From: Myxococcales bacterium
GTDB taxonomy: Bacteria; Myxococcota_A; Polyangia; Nannocystales; Nannocystaceae
Reading direction: 5' to 3'
Assembly (NCBI GenBank): GCA_020633295.1
Contig: JACKDW010000006.1
Span: 398,181-462,180 of the forward strand
Length of the DNA: 64,000 bases
The notes beneath the pieces are model-generated. The model did no database searches. It was not told where the DNA came from and worked only from the letters and a program-made list of their open reading frames with translations. How positions within the stretch are numbered: position 1 is the stretch's first letter; every line of letters starts with the position of its first letter. The translations under genes and the position numbers were made by a program. Shown one piece after another: positions 57,010 through 64,000 of the stretch.

Positions 57010-58137
57010 TTGCAGGCCCGCGAGACCAGATCGGGGCGACCGCCCGGGACCCGCGCCGTCACGGCCGCCGTGGGCGCGCGCCTCGTGCGATCGAGCTGGG
57101 TGCAGCGGCTCGGGCGGATCAGCTTCCTCGGCACGCTCGACTTCCACCCCGGCAGCACCACCGCGAGCACGCGCCTCGAGCACTCCCTCGGCGTCGCGCG
57201 CCTCGGCGTCGACATGGCGGCCGCGCTCGAGCTCGATCACGAGACGACGCGCTCCTTCGTCGCCGCCTGCCTGCTCCACGACATCGGCCACTTCCCGCTC
57301 TCGCACGCGGCCGAGCCGGGCTTCGCCCGGGCCCTCGGCGTCGCGCACCACGGCGTCTCCGAGTGGATCATCCTCGGCAACGGCCCGATCCCCGCGTCGC
57401 TCTCGCTGCGGCCGCTGCTGGAGGCCGAGGGACTCGATCCCGAGCTGGTCTGGTCGCTGATCACCGGCGACGCGCGCCTGGGCCCGCTGCACCGGAGCCT
57501 CTCGCGCCTGCTGCTCGCGCCGATCAACCTCGACACTCTCGACGGCATCGTCCGGGCCGCGCGGGCCTTCGGCATCCGCGGCGTCCGCGTGCGCGCGCCG
57601 CTGTTCTCGCGCCGCGGCGACGCGGTGGCGATCCGCTCCGACGCGCTGCCGCTGCTCGATCGCTTCTGGGCGCTCAAGGACCGCGTGTACTGCGACGTCA
57701 TCAACCTGCCGTCGAACATCGTGTGCGAGGCGCGGCTCTCCGCTGCGGTCGCGCGCCGCTACGACCGCGCCATCTTCGGCGGCTTCGAGCGCTTCGACGA
57801 CCGCGTGCTCGCGCCGGTGCTCGACGAGCACCTGCGCGAGAGCGGCCTGCTCGAGGGGCGCGACGGCCCGTTCCAATTCCGCCGCGAGGACGACGCGCGC
57901 GCGAACGCGGCGCTCCACCTCCGGCGCGCGCGCAAGCGCTACTACGTCGATCGCAGCGTGCTCCCGCGCGCCGACGGCCTCCCGCTGGAGCAGTGGTCAC
58001 GGCGCTACCGTCACGAGCGCCAGGTCATGTACCTCGTGCCGCGCCGCGCGACGCGGCAGCTCGCGCTCCCCGGCCTCGCGCGCGCCGACGAGCCCCCGAT
58101 CCCCGGGTTCTCTGCGGTCGACGGCCCCGACATCTGA
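57010..58137 (+). CDS. HD-domain phosphohydrolase, short dGTPase-like dNTP triphosphohydrolase family
   Basis: RLEHSLGVARLG and LLHDIGHFPLSH (His...HD...D metal site), compared with Dgt RLTHSLEVAQIGR...ALLHDIGHPPFGH. N-terminal VQRLGRISFLG resembles the dGTPase FRRLQ.KTQV block. Confidence 0.7.
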   Translation: MQARETRSGRPPGTRAVTAAVGARLVRSSWVQRLGRISFLGTLDFHPGSTTASTRLEHSLGVARLGVDMAAALELDHETTRSFVAACLLHDIGHFPLSHAAEPGFARALGVAHHGVSEWIILGNGPIPASLSLRPLLEAEGLDPELVWSLITGDARLGPLHRSLSRLLLAPINLDTLDGIVRAARAFGIRGVRVRAPLFSRRGDAVAIRSDALPLLDRFWALKDRVYCDVINLPSNIVCEARLSAAVARRYDRAIFGGFERFDDRVLAPVLDEHLRESGLLEGRDGPFQFRREDDARANAALHLRRARKRYYVDRSVLPRADGLPLEQWSRRYRHERQVMYLVPRRATRQLALPGLARADEPPIPGFSAVDGPDI

Positions 58138-58149
58138 CACGATCTACAT

Positions 58150-59181
58150 ATGGCCTTTGAGTCATCCTCGCCGCGCGCGACCCCGTACGACTACGACCGG
58201 CTGCTCCCGGAGCTCGGCCTCGCGTCGGACGAGCTGCCCGCGATCCGAGCCGCGTCCCGGCGCTCCTGGGCGACGATCCGGCGCGCGCGCGCGCAGCTCG
58301 AGGGGCTCGCGCTCACGGGGCTCGCCGTGTTCGCGGTCGGCTCCGTCGGCCGGTTCGAATCATCGGAGAGCAGCGATCTCGACCTCGCGGTCCTGCGCGT
58401 CGCGGACCCGCCGCGCGCCGACGCGGCCGAGCGCGCGCGCGCGCGGATCACCGAGCGTCTGCGGGCGCTCGAGCTCGACGTGACCGAGAAGACCTTTCGC
58501 CGCGTCATCGACCTCGACGCGCTCGTCCGCGACATCGGCGGCAGCGCCGACAACAACGATCACCTCACCTACCGCGCGCTGCTGCTGACCGAGGGCGCGT
58601 GGTTGGCCGACCCCGAGACGAGCGCGCGCGCGCTCGCGCGGATGTTCGACGCCTACACCCGCGGCCGCATCGCGCCCGGGCGCTACTACACCTCCCTCAG
58701 CAACGACCTCCACCGCTACTACCGGACGCTCTGCGTCGACTACCGGTTCAAGGTCGAGGAGGCCGGCAAGCGCTGGGCGATCCGCCTGCTCAAGCTCCGA
58801 CACTCGCGCAAGCTGTGGCACCTCGCCAACGTCGCGACCTACTGCGTCGCCGCGCGGGTCGACGACGACGACCGCGAGCCGCTGCTGCGGCGCGAGCTCG
58901 GGGCGCCGCCGCTGTGGCGCGTCACCTGGGCGATGCGTCAGCTCGGCGGCCTGCACCTGTGCGCGCCGCTGCTGCGCGCCTACGATCCCTTCCTCGCCGC
59001 GCTCGCGGATCCAGCGACGCGCGCCGAGCTCGACCAGCTCGCCCACGAAGATCGCCACCGCAGCGCCGCCTTCGACGCGCTGTACCGCAACGCCGAGGTG
59101 TTCACGCGGGCCACCCACGCGATCGTCGAGCACCTGTGGACGCGCTGCCACGACCACCTGCTGCGCTTCGCGATTCTCTAG
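58150..59181 (+). CDS. GlnE/GlnD-type nucleotidyltransferase (pol-beta superfamily NTase with helical substrate-binding domain)
   Basis: VGSVGRFESSESSDLDLAVL matches the G.xGR.E....SD[IL]DL signature of the GlnE/GlnD/DUF294 NTase. An all-helical 250-aa C-terminal domain follows. 13 nt downstream of the HD gene. Confidence 0.65.
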   Translation: MAFESSSPRATPYDYDRLLPELGLASDELPAIRAASRRSWATIRRARAQLEGLALTGLAVFAVGSVGRFESSESSDLDLAVLRVADPPRADAAERARARITERLRALELDVTEKTFRRVIDLDALVRDIGGSADNNDHLTYRALLLTEGAWLADPETSARALARMFDAYTRGRIAPGRYYTSLSNDLHRYYRTLCVDYRFKVEEAGKRWAIRLLKLRHSRKLWHLANVATYCVAARVDDDDREPLLRRELGAPPLWRVTWAMRQLGGLHLCAPLLRAYDPFLAALADPATRAELDQLAHEDRHRSAAFDALYRNAEVFTRATHAIVEHLWTRCHDHLLRFAIL

Positions 59182-59218
59182 TCGTCGCGAGCGATGCGCG
59201 GCGCGGCGGACCGCGCGG

Positions 59219-61174
59219 CTACTTCTTGCGCGGGACCTCGAACTTCGTCACGACGCCCTCCTCGGGGTCGATCTCGACGTTCTCGCTGTTGTGGTTGGAC
59301 TTCTTCGTCGTGGTCTTGCGCAGCTTGAACGACAGCGGCTTGGGCTTCGAGCCCTCCGCGATCTTCACGGTCTTCTTCTCGGTGCGGTAGCCCGAGCGCT
59401 TGACCACGACCGTGTGCTCCCCCGGCGCGAGCTCGACGGTCAGCGGCGTCTTGCCGCGCTTGTCGTCGTCGACGCTGACCTCGGCGCCGTCCGGGTTGCT
59501 CTCGATCTTGTAGGCGACCAGCGCGGGCTCCGGCGGCGTGTCGCCCGTCGGATCGCCCGTCGGATCGACCTCGTCGCCCGAGTCCGCGACCGTGTCGCCG
59601 GTCTCCTCGGGCGTCGCGCTGCTGTCTGCGGCGGCCGCCGCCGCCGCGAGGCTCGCCTTGATCGCCTCGGCGCGCGCGCTCGCGGTCGCGTTGTCTGCGT
59701 CGCGCGTGAGCACGTCGAGGTACAGCGCGAGGGCGTCCTCGAGCTCGCCCGCGGTCTCCTTCGCCTGGGCCTGCGCGAGCAGCTCGGCCACGGGATCCGG
59801 ATCCGGATCGAGCGTCTCGCCGGCGGCGTCCGCCTCCCCGCTCTCGCCAGGCAGCGCCGAGCTCACGTTCGTCGCCGCGACCGGCGTCTTCGCGTCGGCC
59901 GGGATCGGCGTCTTCGCCGGCGGGCCGCGCTTCGTCACCATCGGCCCGTTCGTCGTCGGGCCCGCCGCGTTGTTGAGGAAGGGCAGCTGCCCCTGGCTGT
60001 ACAGGTACGCGCCGACGCCCCCGAGCGCGAGCAGCAGGAGCACGACCACGAGGCCGCCGCCGGAGCCCTTCGACTCACTCGCCTCGGGGCTGTGGGCCTC
60101 GATGACGGGCGCGGGCGTCTCCTCGCTCACCGGGTCCGGCGGCGACGTCAGCTCTGGCGCGGGCTCGGACGCGGCGCGCACGGGCGCGCTCGGCGGGCGC
60201 GCGACGACGATCGGCGCGACCGGGAGAGACTCGCGGGCCGCGATCGGCGTCGCGACCGCGACCACGCCGGCGGGCCGGGGCTTCGCGGGCTCAGCCTTCG
60301 GCAGGCGGAACATGGCCGCAGGGACAGAATCAATCAGGTACTCGACGATCTCGTTGGCGTCGATCGGCCGTTCGTTCGGGTTCTTCGACAGGCACGCGCG
60401 CACGAGCTCGACGACGCCGTCGGGCACGTCGTGGCCCGGCCGCAGCACCGACGCGAGCGGCGTCGGCTGATCGTTGATGATCTTGTAGAGCACCTGCGCG
60501 TCGGTGCCCTGGAACGGCTTGCGGCCCGCGAGCATCGTGTAGAACAGCACGCCGATCCCGTAGACATCGGTGCGCGGATCGAGCGGGCCCTGCTGCACCT
60601 GCTCCGGGGCCCAGAACCCTGCGGACGCCTCCGCGTTCGCCTGGTCCGCGACATCGCCGAAGATCTGCAGCAGCCCGAGATCGCAGATCTTGACGAAGTT
60701 CGCGCGGCCCTTGTGCTCGATCAGCAGGATGTTCGACGGCTTGAGCGCGCGGTGCAGCAGCCCGCGCGCGTGCGCGGCCCCCATCGCCTTGAGGACCTGC
60801 GCGGCGATCGGCACGAACACCTCGATCGAGAGCGGCGCGTTGCGACCGAGGAACTCGTCCAGCGTCGTGCCCTCGACGTACTCGACGACGACGTACGCGC
60901 CGAACTCGGTCGAGAAGCCGAAGTCGTGGACCGCGGTGATGTTGGGGTGCTCGAGCCCCTGCAGCGCCTTGGCCTCGCGCTCAAACCGCGCGCGCGACTC
61001 TGGCGTGCTAGCGACCGCCTCGGGCAGCAGCTTGACGGCCACGGTCCGGTGAAGCGTGCGGTGGCTCGCCAGGTACACGCGACCCTTCACGCCCGTGCCG
61101 AGCAACCGCTCGAGCGTGTAGTGCGAGCCAACGGTCCGCCCGAGCAGCGGATCGGCCTTGGCGGCGACCTTCAT
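59219..61174 (-). CDS. Ser/Thr kinase-like protein predicted to be a pseudokinase, with TM segment and C-terminal PEGA domain
   Basis: Kinase fold is evident (VAVKLL, APEQ, DVYGIGVLFY), but HRD is HRALKP (catalytic Asp replaced by Ala), DFG is DLG, and the Gly loop is atypical (LGTGVKGRV). TM stretch LVVVLLLLALGGVGAYLY. C-terminal PEGA-like segment TPLTVELAPGEHTVVVKRSGY. Confidence 0.75.
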   Translation of the reverse strand: MKVAAKADPLLGRTVGSHYTLERLLGTGVKGRVYLASHRTLHRTVAVKLLPEAVASTPESRARFEREAKALQGLEHPNITAVHDFGFSTEFGAYVVVEYVEGTTLDEFLGRNAPLSIEVFVPIAAQVLKAMGAAHARGLLHRALKPSNILLIEHKGRANFVKICDLGLLQIFGDVADQANAEASAGFWAPEQVQQGPLDPRTDVYGIGVLFYTMLAGRKPFQGTDAQVLYKIINDQPTPLASVLRPGHDVPDGVVELVRACLSKNPNERPIDANEIVEYLIDSVPAAMFRLPKAEPAKPRPAGVVAVATPIAARESLPVAPIVVARPPSAPVRAASEPAPELTSPPDPVSEETPAPVIEAHSPEASESKGSGGGLVVVLLLLALGGVGAYLYSQGQLPFLNNAAGPTTNGPMVTKRGPPAKTPIPADAKTPVAATNVSSALPGESGEADAAGETLDPDPDPVAELLAQAQAKETAGELEDALALYLDVLTRDADNATASARAEAIKASLAAAAAAADSSATPEETGDTVADSGDEVDPTGDPTGDTPPEPALVAYKIESNPDGAEVSVDDDKRGKTPLTVELAPGEHTVVVKRSGYRTEKKTVKIAEGSKPKPLSFKLRKTTTKKSNHNSENVEIDPEEGVVTKFEVPRKK

Positions 61175-61673
61175 CGTGGTTCCTTATGTCGTGCGACCGC
61201 CGTGGTCGTCAGGGAGATAGGTGTGTGCATTCTCTGTAAAGCGGCCTACAGCCCGGGGTGGAGCGAGCGCGTCGTCTCAGAAAATAACACACGCACGAGC
61301 GACGCTAGCGCTCTCCGGGCGCGCAAAGCACGATATCGCCCCTACCGGCCCACAGGCGCACATCTTTGCGCGCGTTGACCCGCGGCGCCGGGCGGCCGGC
61401 GACCGCGACCGAAGACGCCCTCGCCTGCGCGCAGAGTCCGGGCGTGCTGCTCCGTGCTCGCGCGCGCCCGCCGTCACCGCACGCTGGACATCCGTACACA
61501 AACGGGTATTTGCCCGTTGCGTGCGCCCGGTCTACTCCGTAGCTTCGAACACAACGGCGTCGAGCGAGGTCGTGGTAGATTTGATCGACATGGCTCTTAA
61601 GACAACCACACCGAGGTACGCGATCGCTCGCGACGGCTCGCGGCGTGGTTGCGCTAGCCGAGATCGCGGCGCC

Positions 61674-62981
61674 ATGTCGCGCGTCGCGCCTCTCGCCGCC
61701 TCGCTCGTCGCGCTCGCGCTCGGCGCGTGCGTCGAGCCCCACACGCCGGGGGACGAGACGGACGCTCCGGAGTCGACGTCGGGGCCGTCGACCGCGGGCG
61801 AGTCGACCGTCAACACCGTGACCTCGGCCGCGCCGAGCACCACCGAGGGAGTCGATCCGACCGAGACGGAGGGCGGCTGCCTCGAGGGATCGCTCGGCTG
61901 CCAGTGCACCCCGTCGGGCACGTGCGATGACGGCCTCTCCTGCATCGAGGCGGTCTGCATCCCCGCGTCGTGCGGAAACGGCGAGATCGAGCCCGAGTTC
62001 GGTGAGGAGTGCGATCCCGGCGTCGCCGACGACCCGATGTGCGAGCTCGACTGCACCCTCAAGCCCACGTGCGGGAACGGCCAGCTCGAGGTCGGCGAGC
62101 CGTGCGACGACGGCAACGACAACAACAACGACGCGTGCCTCAACACCTGCGAGCCCAACACCTGCGGCGACGGCTACCTGTGGGCCGAGACCGAGGAGTG
62201 TGACGACGGCAACGACAACGACGACGAGGGCGCGTGCCTCTCGACCTGCGAGTCCGCGCGCTGCGGCGACGCGTACCTCTGGCAGGGCGTCGAGGGCTGC
62301 GACGACGGCGATCAGGACAACACCGACGCGTGCCTGAACAACTGCACGCCGGCGACCTGCGGCGACGGCTACGTGTGGCAGGGCGCGGAGGAGTGCGACG
62401 ACGGCAACGCGATCGACGACGACGGCTGCGGCAACGACTGCACCCTCGCCCCGACCGAATTCGACGACTGCGGCTTCCCGTCGGACGACGGCGTGTGGGT
62501 CGAGTTCAGCTGGACCACGCAGGACCAGCAGCCGGGCGATCCCGAGTTCAGCTTCTCGAGCACCCCGGGCTGGGGCGCGCCCCAGTGGTCACCGCAGGCC
62601 GTCGACCTGTTCGCCGGGATCGTCGCCGGCAACGACCCGATCGGCTGGGTGCTGCGCGTCGACAACGCCGACACGCTGCGGCTGCGCTTCAAGACCACCG
62701 GGCTCAGCTTCGACTCCGCGACCGTGTGCGTGAAGGGGCGCAGCAGCTCGGCGCAGTTCGGCGTCAACTTCGACCTCCGGAACTCGCAGAACGGCAACTG
62801 CGGCGGCAGCGGCAGCTTCAGCGCCGACTGGATCGAGCAGCACGACGGCATCGCGCTGCCGGACAATTGTGTCCTCCAAGACAGCAACCTGCAGACGCTC
62901 GACATCACCGTCAACGGCGGCGTTGATCAGCTCCTCGGGCTCCGCAGCGTGCGGCTCGCGCTCCACAACACGAACTTCTGA
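61674..62981 (+). CDS. Lipoprotein with five Myxococcus cysteine-rich repeats and a C-terminal uncharacterised domain
   Basis: Signal with lipobox LVALALGAC. Repeats CGNGEIEPEFGEECD, CGNGQLEVGEPCDDGNDNNNDAC, CGDGYLWAETEECDDGNDNDDEGAC, CGDAYLWQGVEGCDDGDQDNTDAC, CGDGYVWQGAEECDDGNAIDDDGC. Start is placed at the ATG 61674; the upstream part of the track ORF is Arg-rich. Confidence 0.7.
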   Translation: MSRVAPLAASLVALALGACVEPHTPGDETDAPESTSGPSTAGESTVNTVTSAAPSTTEGVDPTETEGGCLEGSLGCQCTPSGTCDDGLSCIEAVCIPASCGNGEIEPEFGEECDPGVADDPMCELDCTLKPTCGNGQLEVGEPCDDGNDNNNDACLNTCEPNTCGDGYLWAETEECDDGNDNDDEGACLSTCESARCGDAYLWQGVEGCDDGDQDNTDACLNNCTPATCGDGYVWQGAEECDDGNAIDDDGCGNDCTLAPTEFDDCGFPSDDGVWVEFSWTTQDQQPGDPEFSFSSTPGWGAPQWSPQAVDLFAGIVAGNDPIGWVLRVDNADTLRLRFKTTGLSFDSATVCVKGRSSSAQFGVNFDLRNSQNGNCGGSGSFSADWIEQHDGIALPDNCVLQDSNLQTLDITVNGGVDQLLGLRSVRLALHNTNF

Positions 62982-62992
62982 CGCGCGCCAGC

Positions 62993-64000
62993 TCAGCGCG
63001 GCGTCGCGGTCAGCCGTCGGCTGCGGGCCTCGGCTCCGCCGCGCAGCGGCGGCTCCCAGACGCGCTCGAGATAGCGGAGGTTCGCGTCGGCGCGCGGGTG
63101 CGGCTCGAACAGCTGGGGCGTCGCCCGCACCAGCGCCAGCGCCGCGAGCGCGCCCGCGACGATCGACAGCCCCGCCCAGCGACGCGCGAGCGCGGCGGCG
63201 ACGAGCGACGTGAGCGCCACCGCGCCGGTCAACAGCGCGAGGGTCGGCAGCGTCCAGCTCGGCCGCCCGAGCGCGCCCATCAAGGAGTACGGGACATGTC
63301 CCCGATGCCATAGCGGGAGTAACACCTCCGAGACCGGCTGGTGCACGTTCGTCAGATCGATGTGCGGCCAGAGGTTGCCGGCGAGCGTGTTGAGCGCGAT
63401 CGACCAGGTCACGAGCGCCGCGATGACGCCGTCGAGCGCGCCCAGGATCGCCGCACGACCCGCCCAGCGCGCGCGCGCGGCCTCGAGCGCCCAGACCCAG
63501 CCGAGCGCGATCGCGGGCAGCGCGACGACCATGTACCGCGGGCCGACCCGCCATCCGCCGTCAAAGCCCAGGCTCGCCGCCAGCAGCACGTAGAGCGCGA
63601 AGATCGCGAGCGCGACCCGGGCGAGCGTGCGCGACGAGTCACCCGACGACGCGCGCGCCCGCGCGATGAGCCCGGCGACGCCGACCACCACCACCGGCGC
63701 CCACCACAAGATCCCCGACGCCGGCGACAGGATGTGGGTCGAGAACGCGCGCCACGTCGGCGCGCCGAGCCCCAAGAACCCGCGCCCGTGCAGCTCCACG
63801 AACCGCGGGTCGATGACGTGGTGGTACCCGGTCGCGAGCGCGCTGCCGAACACCTGCGCCTGGTACCAGCCCAGCGCGCACACCGGCGCCAGCGCCCCGA
63901 CGCTCGCCGCGACCGCGGCCCGCCGCGTCGCGCCCCCGCGCAGCAAGCCGGCGACGACCACCGCCGCGATCGGCAGCCCGGCGAACGCGGCCGCGTACTC
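62993..64000 (-). CDS. Polytopic membrane protein, partial at window edge (possibly a GT-C-type glycosyltransferase, PMT/ArnT-like)
   Basis: Many hydrophobic TM segments (ILWWAPVVVVGVAGLI, ALAIFALYVLLAASLGF, LTGAVALTSLVAAAL). The ORF stays open to the window end, so the N-terminus is missing. The function call is weak. Confidence 0.45.
   Translation of the reverse strand, partial: EYAAAFAGLPIAAVVVAGLLRGGATRRAAVAASVGALAPVCALGWYQAQVFGSALATGYHHVIDPRFVELHGRGFLGLGAPTWRAFSTHILSPASGILWWAPVVVVGVAGLIARARASSGDSSRTLARVALAIFALYVLLAASLGFDGGWRVGPRYMVVALPAIALGWVWALEAARARWAGRAAILGALDGVIAALVTWSIALNTLAGNLWPHIDLTNVHQPVSEVLLPLWHRGHVPYSLMGALGRPSWTLPTLALLTGAVALTSLVAAALARRWAGLSIVAGALAALALVRATPQLFEPHPRADANLRYLERVWEPPLRGGAEARSRRLTATPR

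Overview
This is a high-GC window (about 70% GC) with a myxobacterial signature: two lipoproteins carry Myxococcus cysteine-rich repeats (CGNG/CDDGN), and there are several eukaryotic-like Ser/Thr kinases, ECF sigma factors, a FIST sensor with a hybrid histidine kinase, and a PSCyt/DUF1501-type protein pair. Coding density is high and most long antisense ORFs are GC-frame artefacts. I could not recognise any rRNA, tRNA, CRISPR array or transposase by eye.

The standout features are:
- a clear bacterial homologue of the eukaryotic major vault protein (MVP), 30758-33247;
- a 2067-aa fusion of a Ser/Thr kinase, a second kinase-like domain, a P-loop ATPase, a helical/TPR-like region, a GAF domain and an apparently degenerate cyclase-homology domain;
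- a compact carrier-protein pathway (46.7-55.1 kb) of Sfp-type phosphopantetheinyl transferase, carrier protein, stand-alone adenylation enzyme, acyl-CoA-dehydrogenase-like enzyme, amidohydrolase-2, FAD monooxygenase and a hydrolase, which resembles prolyl-to-pyrrolyl-carrier-protein cassettes;
- a short dGTPase-like HD hydrolase directly followed by a GlnE/GlnD-type nucleotidyltransferase;
- a 101-aa EF-Tu domain-II mimic immediately after a Ser/Thr kinase;
- a predicted PEGA-domain pseudokinase.

There is also a probable frameshift in a secreted acidic protein, and candidate hairpin terminators between convergent genes.
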